Source: Scyliorhinus canicula (lineage: Eukaryota). Taken from it: 64,000 bases of DNA. The position numbers and the translations under genes are program-made. The notes beneath the pieces are model-generated. The model saw nothing but the letters and a program-made list of their open reading frames with translations, ran no database searches and had not been told where the DNA came from. Numbering within the stretch: the first letter of the stretch is position 1; each line of letters opens with the position of its first letter. This document shows positions 50,906 through 62,651 of this stretch, in pieces. The stretch spans positions 132,084,653 to 132,148,652 of the forward strand of contig NC_052162.1 in assembly GCF_902713615.1 (NCBI RefSeq). Direction: 5' to 3'.

Positions 50906-51084
50906 ACAGTAAGAAGTCTTACAATACCAGGTTAAAGTCCAACATGTTTGTTTCAAATCACTAGCTTTCGGAGCACTGCTCCTTCCTCAGGTGATTCCCC
51001 TGAGGAAGGAGCTGTGCTCCGGAAGCTAGTGATTCGAAACAAACCTGTTGGCCTTTAACCTACTGTTGTAAGACTTCTTACTGT
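50906..51084. mobile_element. Penelope-like terminal sequence forming an inverted repeat (~86-bp arms, 7-nt loop)
   Basis: ACAGTAAGAAGTCTTACAA...CCTCAGG pairs with CCTGAGG...TTGTAAGACTTCTTACTGT. Confidence 0.75.
50956..50996 (-). ncRNA. Minimal type I hammerhead ribozyme motif
   Basis: AAUCAC-CUGAGGA-A-GGAGC-AGU-GCUCC-GAAA-GCU-A-GUGAUU: core CUGANGA/GAAA, stem I AAUCAC/GUGAUU, stem II GGAGC/GCUCC, palindromic AGCU stem III, CUA cleavage triplet. Confidence 0.7.
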
Positions 51085-51680
51085 TCGACATGAAAGACAG
51101 ACTACAAAGGGTTAATAACTGTTAGCCCGACAGAAGACAAGAAAACACAGAGGCAAGGACAGACATTCATTCATAGAAGCTTCCAACATTCACACAGACT
51201 CTAACAAAAGACACAGCAACTTGCTTTTACTCACTTCAAATTTCACTCAAATTTCACATTTAGCTTCTCGACACCGAAGTTGATATTTCAATTTGTTTTT
51301 GCTTTTTGAACTGTCCACTGAGCAGCCCATCCTGCCTGTCTGTCAGCGCCGTGATGGCTCTATAATGGCCTGTTGCCTTCTCAATCTACTCTCAAGTTGT
51401 GAAATGTTCAATTTACACCGAATGCGTCCGTCTCTCTCTGTGGGGTTGCTTGAACCCTTTTCGGAGGGCTCCGTGGAATCCTCCAGATCCTGTCTAAATT
51501 TCCCATTTTCTTTCTGCAATATTGTCAGGGTCTGTTTTCACCTTCCTGCCCAGCATGCCCTGTCTGGAGAGCAGTCAGGCTCTGTTGCTGCAGGAGAGTG
51601 CACAATTGCTCTGTCCTCATTTCAAAGACACAGAGCTGTCTTTATAAATTCTCGATTCCTGCCTGCTGTTTCTTGCTGTG

Positions 51681-51969
51681 TGTGGTGAATTATAAACCTA
51701 GTAATTCACACTGTGTTGTATCATATGTATTGTGTCCTTGTGGGCTCTGTATATGAGCCATTGCGCGGCTCTGCCCATAGGGGGAGATGAGTTTGTACTG
51801 GGCTCCACCCTTGGCTCCCCCCATGGCTCCTCCCACTAACCGGAAGTATAAATATCTGCAGTCGTGAGCCTGCTGCCAGTTCATCTCGTCGCAGGCAGGC
51901 TCAGTTGTAAGACTATTAAAACCACTGTTCACTTCCAATCATGTGTCTTGTGAATTGATGGTCTCATCA
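51681..51969 (+). mobile_element. Solo LTR, 289 bp, 5-bp TSD CTGTG
   Basis: CTGTG|TGTGGTGAAT...GGTCTCATCA|CTGTG: TG...CA termini, internal TATAAAT and ATTAAA. Confidence 0.88.
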
Positions 51970-53030
51970 CTGTGTTCAGCATCTCAATGAGCAGAGGGGA
52001 AGGATGCATCGGCCACTAACTTAGTCTGAATTTTCGTCCGGTATCCTAACAAATGGTGGATCTGGTCCGGCAACCTAACAGCATCCAGTTGTCCTCTGAT
52101 CTGGAATTCTAGACCTACTGGCCTGTGTAGCTTTAGGCCCGATGATGGAGGATAACCTTCCTCCAACCACAGCTCATCATCAGAAAGAACCCAAACGGCT
52201 GAATCTGCATCTAATTTAAAGCATGTCTTGTTCCTAAAAATCCTGTCCTAGATTTGTCGCTTAGCCAACTTGGAACCAAACATCTCTTTCTCCCTTGATA
52301 GCTCACTCTGGTCAGCCAGCAATTTAAAATGCATCTCATCGGTGGATTGAGTGGGACAAGTTGACCAAATCAGCTCCTCAGCCGCTTCTTCAACTGACTC
52401 CTAAGAAAAGACAAGGGGGACCTCATCTGGATGGGCACCAGAGTCAAAAAGTGTAAGAAGATCTCAGACCTCGTCTTCAAATCAATCGCCTGCTTCTACA
52501 ATGGCTTCCTTCTCATGAGCTTTTTCAGGAAAGAGCCAGCGGAGATGGAGAAGCTTCTCTGTCGGGTGGTCACCATCTCTTTCAGTACCTTCTGATTCTT
52601 CATCTTGCAGCCCGTCTGTGAAAGGAAGTGAGAGATCTGTAATCCTGTGCTCCAGTAGATTCTGCTCCCACAATAAAGAGCGACTCAGTGCTCAATGAGA
52701 GACCTTCCCTTGTTTCTGCCAAATTGAAATCTGTTCGTCCAACAACCAACTCTGGAAATTCCACCTTGAATGTTACTTGACTGTCCCTGACTGAAATCTC
52801 GTGAAACTTGTGGAGAAGACCAACACACTGACCGGCTGAGCAGAGGAATTGTCTGGTTCTGTAAAATAGAAAGAGTTTTGTTCATTTCATTTTCTTCATT
52901 CCTCAGAGTGATGGTCAGCTGCCTTTTCACCTGGAGATCTTTGCCTCTGGGTCCTTGTAGCTTTAAATCAGATGGTTGGACTTTGATGTCTTGAAGCCAT
53001 TTTGGAAACCGGACAATTCTGTCCAATCAG

Positions 53031-53225
53031 AGGCCGGAATTCCCTGACCGTTCGCTGGTGGCGGGATTCCCTGCTCCCACTGGCAGCGGTTTTCCCGGTA
53101 ATGTGAGGTGGCTTCAGTGGGAATTCCCATTGACAGCGGGAGGAGCAGAGAATCCCGACACCAGCGAACGGCACGTCGCCTCCCAGCACCGAGAAACACG
53201 TGGCTGGGAAGTCAGAGAATCCTGA
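53031..53225. mobile_element. Harbinger-like MITE remnant
   Basis: GGCCGGAATTCCC ... GAGAATCCTG termini. Same family as 48670-48853. Confidence 0.55.
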
Positions 53226-54032
53226 GTCTCCTGCTCTGGTGGAGAGGTTAATCTCTGTTCTGTAGCCTTGAACTTCAAACTGCACAGCCCAGCTTATCAG
53301 CTTCTTTGATTTGTCCAAGGAAGTCATGTGTTCGGAAATATACCACCTATTTCTTAGACTTCGAAATGGTTTGGAACATTTTCCAGCTTTCTTCCCTTGA
53401 ATGCTGCTGTTGATTCACAGAACTGCTCCGAATGACCAGTCCTGTCACAGAGAAAGCATTCAGCTCCCTCTGCTGGGCAGTCACGTTGCAATGTTGTCCG
53501 TTGACGATGCATCTGGAGCACTTGAATATAGACAGAGGAGTTCTTCCTGCCCCTTTAATGGTTTTGCCAGGATTTATTTATGTCCTTTTCAGTGAGCAGG
53601 ACTCTGACCATGGATCTACGGACTGGATCACCCACTCTCAAGCCATGACTTCACCCTGAATTACACCCCGATTCTGGCATCTCAACTCAACCTGTCTGGC
53701 AGATCAGCCTTCTCGAGAGTCAAATTCTCAGCCACACTGAATCATCCCACCCAGACCCGGTAAATGTTCCATATTATTGTGATAGAAAAAGTGTTTGACT
53801 GAAAGGGGTTAACTGAACCTGTTTGTTCAGTGACTGTAATTAATGTCAATCTCCATGGATCCTAATTGCGTCACTGGAGAGTTTCCCTCTTCTCTTAATA
53901 AGGGGCTCCTTTCAATGTGTTATCCCATAGTGTCAGCGGCAGCTTCAACTCCGACACTAACAGGGATCAGCAGCTAGAGGGAGACAGGAGAGGAACGATC
54001 AGAATCTGAGAACAGATTGGAATGTTACAACA

Positions 54033-54276
54033 ATGGATCAGAATCTGAGAACAGATTGGAATATTGCAACAGTGGATCAGAATCTGGGAACAGATTGGAA
54101 TGTTTCAACAGTGGATCAGAATCTGAAAGTATTCGATTGGAATATTGATGACGATTTCTTAGCAACGCTCCCCAGGCCATCTGAATATCAAATAACATTA
54201 GCTGATCAGATCAGAATTGTACTGAAGGACATTCAAATGGGTTACTATCCCATCCTGGCTATTGTTGGTGTCCCCG
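54033..54276 (+). CDS. Class A GPCR (GPR139/GPR142-like), coding exon 1
   Basis: ATG at 54033, 81 codons plus 1 nt ending YYPILAIVGVP-G|GTAAG (start of TM1). The phase-1 donor matches exon 2. Confidence 0.85.
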
Positions 54277-54589
54277 GTAAGTCTCTCGATCCAGTTATTT
54301 ATTTGTAAACCATGTTGAACTATATTACTGTTCAGTCTCTTCAGCTTCAGTCACTAACCCCGTACTCAATCCACAAGGGTGCCAGGGGGGCAACGGCCAC
54401 AGGTCAGGACCGGAGGTGAGCCATGTCCGTGAAAGGCGGGTGGAGGAATTTATGGAGGTTGGGGGTCACTTCATGGTCCCTGAACTTTCAAGTGCTTCCT
54501 CGAAGAAACATGTGCCGTGTCTGAGAGGATGATTAGTTGTCTGGATGTCCAGCAATCTTTGATGCCTGAACAGTATGCCTGTGCTCTAA

Positions 54590-54800
54590 CAGTAAGTGTG
54601 TCGATGGCTGCATGCCTCAGAAGGTAGTACGTGGGTTTCCCAACTGGAAAGCATGGTTTAACGGGGAAGTCCACTCCCCAATGAAGTCCAGGTTTGAGGC
54701 GTTCAAGACGGGGGGACCCTGACCTCTACAAGAAATCGAGATACGACCTCCACAAAGCCATCAGGGACACCAAGAAACTACCAGACTAAGAGTCACAGTA
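54590..54800 (+). mobile_element. Rex1/Babar-like LINE fragment
   Basis: Decayed frames resembling SKCVDxCxPxKVVRxFPNxKxWFN and KSRxEAFKTGDPDLYKKSRYDL. Confidence 0.5.
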
Positions 54801-54970
54801 TTTGAGTTGGAAGGAATGGTTGGACAGATGTTTGGAAGGGTGAGGGAAAGGGGAGGAGGGGTATTGGGTGGACAGCCGAGGTGGAGGGTTGGAAGGGGTG
54901 GCAGATAAAATGTTGGTGACGAGAATCTCTTTACGAATGAACCGACGTAGGGGTGGGGGCAGCTTCCATC

Positions 54971-55270
54971 GGCTGCAGCACGGTAGCACAGCGGTGAGCA
55001 CTGTTGCTTCACGACGCTAGGGCCTCAGGTTCAATTCCCAGCTTGGGTCACTGTCTGTGCGGAGTTTGCACATTCTCCTTGTGTCTGTGTGGGTTTCCTC
55101 CGGGTGCTCCGGTTTCCTCCCGAAAGACGTGCTGTTAGGCGAATTGGACATTCTGGATTCTCCCTCTGTGACCCGAACAGGCGCAGGAATGTGGCGAATA
55201 GGGGATTTTCACAGTAACTTCATTGCAGTGTTAATGTAAGCCTACTTGTGACAGTAATAAAGATTATTAT
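54971..55270 (+). mobile_element. HE1-like SINE
   Basis: GCAGCACGGTAGCACAGCGG A-box, GGTTCAATTCC B-box, shared core, tail AATAAAGATTATTAT. Confidence 0.85.
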
Positions 55271-55369
55271 CTTGTGTGGGCCTGGGTTCAATGTAGGTTA
55301 GGGCCCAGTTGGAGGTCCTCACAGAGGGGATATGCCTGACTCTACTGGAGGGAGGGTCCGGAGCCCCCC

Positions 55370-56085
55370 CACTAGGTTGGTGACATGGAACATTAGGGAA
55401 CTTAATGGTCCCGGGTATTTATTCATTTGAGGACTTTGAACGGAGATGTAGCCTTCTTGCAGGAGGCAAATTTGTGAATCAGGGCTCAGACAAGACTGAC
55501 GAAAGGGTGGGTGGGGCTGGCTTTCCACCCACATTTTCATACAAGGTCGAGAGGAGTTGTGATCTTGATAAGTAAGAGGGCGGCATTTACGGCAACTAGC
55601 ATTTTGAAAGCTTGGGGGCTCACGGTAGCATTGTGGATAGCACAATCGCTTCACAGCTCCAGGGTCCCAGGTTCGATTCCGGCTTGGGTCACTGTCTGTG
55701 CGGAGTCTGCACATCCTCCCCGTGTGTGCGTGGGTTTCCTCCGGGTGCTCCGGTTTCCTCCCACAGTCCAAAAGATGTGCAGGTTAGGTGGATTGGCCAA
55801 GATAAATTGCCCTTAGTGTCCAAAATTACCCTTGGTGTTGGGTGGGGTTACTGGGTTATGGGGATAGGGTGGAGGTGTTGACCTTGGGTAGGGTGCTCTT
55901 TCTAAGAGCCGGTGCAGACTCGATGGGCCGAATGGCCTCCTTCTGCACTGTAAATTCTATGATAACTGTGTTGTGGTGAGTGGGGTGTAGGCGGGTGCAC
56001 CAGTGGTATTAGTGAATGTTTATGCACCAAATTGGGACGATGCAGATTTTATCAAAAGGGTGTTGGCGGCCATCCCTGATGAACT
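55370..56085 (+). mobile_element. L1/Tx1-type endonuclease fragment interrupted by a SINE
   Basis: VTWNIR, SRGVVILISKR and VLVNVYAPNWDD are typical of L1-clade APE domains. Confidence 0.6.
55614..55963 (+). mobile_element. Full-length HE1-like SINE
   Basis: GGGGCTCACGGTAGCATTGTGG ... GGTTCGATTCC ... GCACTGTAAATTCTATGAT. Confidence 0.9.
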
Positions 56086-56879
56086 GAGAGCCGGGATTAC
56101 TGCACGGAACTTTAGGACACCAAGGGACAATTTATCATGGCCAACCACCCAACCTGCACCTATTTGGACTGTGGGAGGAAACCGGAGCACCCGGAGGAAA
56201 CCCACGCAGACAGAGCATGCAAACTCAACAAAGACAGTCACCCAAGGTCGGAATTGAACCCCGGTCCCTGGAGCTGTGACGCAGCAGTGCTAACCACTGT
56301 GGCACTGTGCAATCAAAAGGTGCGAAAAAAACAGGGTAGTTGTGCTGGGTGACTTTAACGTTCCCCATATTGACTGGGAATCCCTTATAGCCAGGGGCTT
56401 GGATGGAGAGCAATTTGTTAGATGGTCCAGGAGGGCTTTTTGATACAATTGTTGACCATTCAACCAGGGAAGGGGGCATATTAGACTTGGTATTGGGGCA
56501 ATTTCGACAAAATTATGAGAGGCATAGACAGGGTGGACAATCAGAGGCTTTTTCCAAGGGTGGAAGTGTCATTTACAAGGGGGGGCACAGGTTCAAGGTG
56601 AGAGGGGGAAAGTTTAAGGGAGATGTACAGGGTACGTTTTTCACACAGAGAGTGGTGGGTGCCTGGAACGCTTTGCCAGGGGATGTGGTGGAAGCAGGAA
56701 CATTAGCAACATTTAAGAGGTATCCGGATGGGTACATGAACAGGGAGGAAATAGAGGGATAGGGACTAGGGAAGGGCAGAAGGATTTTTCTTTAGTGAAG
56801 ACATTGTGATCGGTACAGGCTTGGAGGGCCGAAGGGCCTGTTCCTGTGCTGTACTTTTCTTTGTTCTCATCAACTGGGT

Positions 56880-59758
56880 CATGATGTTGAGGCCCTCAGC
56901 CATGGTCATCACAGACTGAGCCATGCCTAATGCCGCACATCGAGATGTGTGTATCTGCGCTGGTGGAAGGTGCGGCTGATAACTGTGATGCCTCACTGGT
57001 GATCTCCTTGGACCTCTCCTCTGAGGTGCTCCCCTGGGTGGCGGGGTGGGGAGGAGGGTACATGACTCACCGTATGGTGACCCTGCGAGACAACGGACAT
57101 GGGGTCAGTGAGAGGGAAGGATCATTTTGGGAAACATGAACGAGTCACTTGAAACTGGTCATCTGGATGAAGGAGCTGTGAATCATCACTTCTCTGGCAC
57201 AGGCTGACCTCGCTGTCGGTCACTGCTCTCTCCTTGGGCAACCCTGCCATCTCCAGGACCCTTATCACATCGGGGGTGAGGACTCAGATCTCGGACTCCA
57301 CCTCCTGTCTTGGCCCTTCCCTGCTTATTATGGGCTGCCTTCTCCTCCGGGGACAAAGAGAGGGCATTGTGAGCTGCATGCTTGATGGGTCAGGGGGGTC
57401 TATAGCAGGTGGCATGTGAAGGGGTTGTGCTGCTGGGTGCTAGGGGCTTCTGAGCAAAAAGCTTATGACTCTCTTGTTAGTCAAGAATCTATCTACCTCG
57501 ACCATAAAAATGTTCAATGACTCTGCCTCCACCCTCTCTGGGGAAGAGAGTTCCAAAGACTCTCGACCCTCTGAAAGGAAAGGCTTCTCCTCATAGAACA
57601 TAGAACATAGAACAGTACAGCACAGAACAGGCCCTTCGGCGCTCGATGTTGTGCCGAGCAATGATCACCCCACTTAAACCCACGCAACCCGTATACCCGT
57701 AACCCAACAATCCCCCCATTAACCTTACACTACGGGCAATTTAGCATGGCCAATCCACCTAACCCGCACATCTTTGGACTGTGGGAGGAAACCGGAGCAC
57801 CCGGAGGAAACCCACGCACACACGGGGAGGACGTGCAGACTCCACACAGACAGTGACCCAGCCGGGAATCGAACCTGGGACCCTGGAGCTCTGAAGCATT
57901 GATGCTAACCACCATGCTACCGTGAGGCCCCTCCTCCTTAAAAGGGAAGGCCCCTTATTTTTAACCTGTGCCCCCTTTTAAGCTCTACCCTCACCCACAG
58001 GGGAAATATCCTCTAAGTACCCACCCTGTCCAGTCCCCTCAGGATCTTATGTTTCAATAAGGTCACCTCTCAATCTTACAACAGGCCCAACCTGTCCAAT
58101 CTTTACTCATAAGGTAACCACAGCCACAGCCCCCCCACCCCCCGCCGAGCCCCTGCCACTCCCCACCCCACATGTCACGTTTCGGTCGAGTGAACCTCCT
58201 CTGACCATTTATATCTTTTCCCAAGTGAGGAAAGCAAAGCCGGTGCGCAGCATTCCAGATGTGGCCTCACCAACACTCTGCAGCTGCAAATCCCGACTTG
58301 TATAGTCCATTCCTCTTGCAATAAACGCCAACATTCCATTGACTTCCCAATCACTTTCCTGGGGAATTTGAGGTGACCAGGGACTTCTCAGGGCTGAAGG
58401 TCACAGCTGTTTGTGAGTTTGGGGGGGTGGTACACAGTGATCGCTGATCTGAACAGGTTAGTCATTGTCCTGCAGGGTAACTCCGATGTGCTGGATTTCT
58501 GCGTCAAGTTTACAAGGTGAGCAAATAGCTAGAGTGTTATTTGCAAGATTGCTGATAAGGCCAATCTTACGGGATGTGAAAGTGTATGAATTCCAATGGG
58601 ATATCGGCCGGTGAAGGTAGGCCTGTGGTAGACAGTTTTGGAGAAGCCATGATCAGATTGTCCAGTAGTTCCAGACCTTCATGAATGAGATTTGATGTTT
58701 TAGACAAGAAAGGAAAGGGTAAGTGTGGCGTACAGACGTTTAGTCATCCTGTGATCGATGATGCTGTTTATGGTTATTGTTCTTTCTCTATGACCGCTGT
58801 GGAGTTATATCTGAGCGATGAGCAGTCTTCTGGCAAGGGAGAGACAGAAATAATGGTGGACCACAAGTAGTTTGTTTCCTTCACACCATCAGCAGCACAC
58901 AGCGACAGCAGTGTGTGTGACATCTACAAGATGCACTGCAGCAACTCACCAAGGCTCCTTAGGCAGCACCTTCCAAACCTGTGACCACAATCGTCAGGAA
59001 AGGCAGCAGATACCTGGGAAGCCCACCACATGGAGGTTCTCCTCCAAGTCACTCACCACCCTCACTGTCGCTGGGGCAACATCCTGGAACTCCCTCTCTA
59101 ACAGCACATTGGGTGTACCTACACCTGAAGGACTGCAGGGGCTCAAGAAGGCAGCTCACCACCACCTTCTGAAGGGCGATTAGGAACTGGGAAGGATGTT
59201 GGGAGGGGTACGAGGTACCAGCCAGTGGATTGGGGAGGTAGATCGGGGGGTTTGGGAATTTGAGGGGTGGCAGGTGGGACTGATGCCTTGAGAGAGGTGG
59301 TAACCCTTGCAGCTCCTTAGAGATCGTTGGTCTTCTTCCGATATTGGACGTGGGTCCTCCTGGTCATGGTGCCCACACTGGCAGCCACGGCCTCCCAGGC
59401 GGCATCGCTGACCCCGCTGACTGGTTCTCTGCTGACAGGCATCGAGAAGCCTGGTCAGATCGGCATCCCCAGAGCAAGGAGCAGGTCTCTGCGCTGCCAT
59501 CCTTGTGCCTTGGCAGAGAGTGAGTGCTGAGGGAACATCTAAAAGCAGCTTCCCCTGGTTAATGGTGAGCAGCTGAGGCAGGAGTCGGGTGAATCAGACG
59601 CCAAGGATGCCAGGCATGTTGAGATTCACGTGGGGGCTTGCTTCTTGCACTAAGTGCTATTGAATAGCGGTCTCCATCTCGCCATTGCAGCGGACACAAA
59701 ACCCCCCACCAAACCCGCCCGAAATGACTCTCCAAAATGTTTCCATTGAATCGTGCCC
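56880..59758 (-). mobile_element. Fragmented PIF/Harbinger transposon with a decayed Myb/SANT-like gene, split by nested insertions
   Basis: Terminus GGGCACGATTC at 59758 next to AAT. MAAQRPAP...LTRLLDA and AAWEAVAASVGTMTRRTHVQYRKKTNDL (~59300-59500). EKAAHNKQGRAKTGGG and VLEMAGLPKERAVTDSEV (~57200-57350). Confidence 0.65.
57593..57930 (-). mobile_element. HE1-like SINE with a CR1-type (TTCTATG)n tail, probable TSD CTCCTC
   Basis: Minus strand GGGCCTCACGGTAGCATGG ... GGTTCGATTCCC ... GTGCTGTACTGTTCTATGTTCTATG. Confidence 0.85.
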
Positions 59759-59759
59759 A

Positions 59760-60100
59760 ATGAGCTTCCTTTCTATTTATACAACCAAAATGGATAACCT
59801 CACACTTATCTACGTTAAACTCCATCTGCCACATCTTGGCCCACTCACCTAACCTATCTATATCCATTTGCAAATTTATTATTTCCTCATTGCAACTCAC
59901 TATCCCACCTATTTTAGCGCTATCTGCAAATTTGGCTCCAGTACCTTCCATCCCTACATCCAGGTCATATATATTGTAAATAGTTATGGCCAGAGGACCG
60001 AATCCAGAGTACCTCACCAGTTCCATCTTGCCGACTCTCTGCCTATTGCTGCTTATCCAGTCTTCTATCCAAACTAATAAATTACCCCTAATCCCATGTG
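59760..60100 (-). mobile_element. CR1 RT fragment
   Basis: AKFADSAKIGG...LQMDIDRLGEWAKMWQMEFNVDKCEVIHFG. Confidence 0.8.
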
Positions 60101-60104
60101 ATTT

Positions 60105-60650
60105 CTCAGAAGACTAAGGAAATTTGATATGTCGGCTACGACCCTCACCAACTTCTACAGATGCACCATAGAAAACATTCTCTCTGGTTGTATCACAGCT
60201 TGGTATGGCTCCTGCTCTGCCCAAGACCGCAGGAACCTACAAAAGGCCGTGAATGTAGCCCAGTCCATCAGGCAAACCAGCCTCCCATCCATTGACTCTA
60301 TCTATAATTCCCGCTGCCTCAGAAAGGCAGCCAGCAAAATTAAGGACCCCGTGCACCCTGGACATACTCTCTTCCACCTTCTTCTGTCAGGAAAAAGATA
60401 CCAAAGTTTGAGGTCACGTACCAGCCGACCCAAGAACAGCTTCTACCCTGCTGCCATCAGACTTTTGAATGGACCTACCTCTTATTAAGTTGATCTTTTC
60501 TCTACACCTTGCTATAACTGTAACATTATATTCTGCAGTCTCTCCTTCCTTCCCTATGTAAGGTATGCATTGTTTGTACAGCATGCAAGAAACAATACTT
60601 TTCACTGCATACTAATACATGTGACAATAATATATTAAATCAAATCTTGA
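60105..60650 (+). mobile_element. Rex1/Babar LINE 3' end
   Basis: LRKFDMSATTLTNFYRCTIENILSGCITAWYG...KNSFYPAAIRLLN followed by a 3' UTR. Confidence 0.75.
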
Positions 60651-61004
60651 TCTTGTGTATTAACCTTTTCAGCGGCACCTTATCAAACGCCTTCCGGTAG
60701 TCCATCTGCAGCATCCCCATTATCCACTTTGCTTGTTCCATCTTCGAAGTGCTCTTGCAAATTAGTCAGCATGATTTACCCTTCATGAAACCAAGCTGAC
60801 TCTGATGGATTGCGTTTTGACTTTCTAAATGTCCTGTTGTTACTTCCTCAATAATGGATTCTAACAGTTTCCCAATGACAGATGTTAAACTAACTAGTCT
60901 ATAGTTTCGTATTTTCTGCCTCCCTCTCTTTTTGAGTAAGGGCGTTACATTAGCATTTTTCAATCCCCTGTAACTTTTTCCATATCCAGGGAATTGATAA
61001 TAAT

Positions 61005-61290
61005 ATTTATTATTGTCACAGGTTGGCTTACATTCACGTTGCAATGAAGTTACTGTGAAAATCCCCTCATCGCCACAGTACGGCGTCTGTTTGGGTACAC
61101 AGAGGGAGAATTCAGAATGTCCAATTCACCTAATATGCATGTCTTTCTTCTGGGAGGAAACCGGAGCACCCGGAGGAAACCCATGCAGACACAGGGAGAA
61201 CGTGCAGACTCTGCACAGACAGTGATCCAAGCCGGGAATCGAACACGGGTCCCTGGTGCTGTGAAGCAACAGTGCTAACCACTGTGCCAC
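61005..61290 (-). mobile_element. HE1-like SINE
   Basis: Minus strand GGTGGCACAGTGG A-box and GTGTTCGATTCCC B-box, plus the shared core. Confidence 0.8.
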
Positions 61291-61368
61291 CAATAACTCC
61301 TCAATCATACTGGTCATTTCACTACCAGCCTGATGTGTAATTTCATTGTTTATTTTCCTTCCTTACAG

Positions 61369-62267
61369 TGAACCTAGTGACGATTGTGATCCTCATCCGC
61401 AAAAACTGTGGTCTCTCCAAATGTGTCACTCATTACCTGGTGGCCATGTCATTGGCGGATCTACTGGTCATTATCCTCGACCTGATATTGAGACACATTC
61501 CGATTGTGTTCCATGAACAGTTTCATTTCCTGAAGTTCATCCCCGTGTGTAATATCCACGTTGTCCTGCTTTATGCAGCCACTGACTGTTCTGTCTGGTT
61601 CACCGTCACTTTCACTTTTGATCGATTTGTGGCCATTTCTTGTCAGAAGCTGAAAAGTAAATACTGCAGCGAGAAAACGGCGTCTGTGGTTCTGGGAACA
61701 GTGACTGTGCTGAGCTGTTTAAAGAACATTTTCTGGTATTTTATGGTAGGCGGCCAGTATGCGCTGATTAATGACCCCTGGTTTTGTTATTACACATTTG
61801 CTGTCCTGTTATCTCCGGCCTGGGGCTCAATTGTGTTCCTCCATTTCATTCTAAACCCATGTGTCCCATTTGTCCTCATTCTGCTGCTCAATGTTCTCAC
61901 CACCAGACACATTTTAGTGATGAGCAGAGCCCGCAGGAGACTCCGGGTTCACAGCAGTGAACAGAGTCCCAGAGACCCAGAGATGGAGAGTCGAAGGAAA
62001 TCCATCATTTTACTGTTCGTTATCTCTGCCAATTTCATCCTGTTATGGTCAACATTAATTGTTACTACTTTAAATTTCCAGATATTGTGGTTGACGTTTC
62101 AGTCTGCAAGTCTGGATGCTTTTGTTGATGAATTGGGCTACATGCTGCAGCTACTGAGTTGCTGCACAAACACTGCTATTTATGCCGTGACGCAGACAAA
62201 TTTCAGGGAACATTTGAAGAACGTGCTGAAATATCCCTTTACTCCAATTCTTCAATTAATCAAATGA
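61369..62267 (+). CDS. Class A GPCR (GPR139/GPR142-like), coding exon 2; spliced protein 380 aa
   Basis: Acceptor TTCCTTCCTTACAG| at 61368. Open frame with hydrophobic TM segments, LVAMSLADLL (TM2), TFDRFVAI (DRY variant), WFC in ECL2, LNPCVPF (TM5), SCCTNTAIY (NPxxY variant), stop at 62265-62267. Confidence 0.92.
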
Positions 62268-62651
62268 TGAGAAGATCTGAATCACTCAGAGTTTCCAGAA
62301 TTTTCTCATTTTGTTTCACATTTCCAGAAGGGTAGAGGGGAACCCACACCACAGGGTCTCTCCCCTTCCATTGGCTAGATGACCTGTCCATCATCCAGCT
62401 ACCATACGCTGATTGGACAGGAAAGCAACTGCACTGAAATTTCACCCCTCCCATTCGCCAGTCCAACTATCCATCATCTCGCTGCTTCACACTTATTGGA
62501 CATGAATCCCAGTGGGACTACAATTCCCAGAGTGCACCAGTTTGTGGGGAGGGCAGGGTAGAAGAGGTGAGATCACAAAGAGGAAGTGAGGTAATAAAGT
62601 GTAAGTGAGTCACATAGAAAAAGGAGGAGTAGGCCACTCGGCCCTTCAAGC

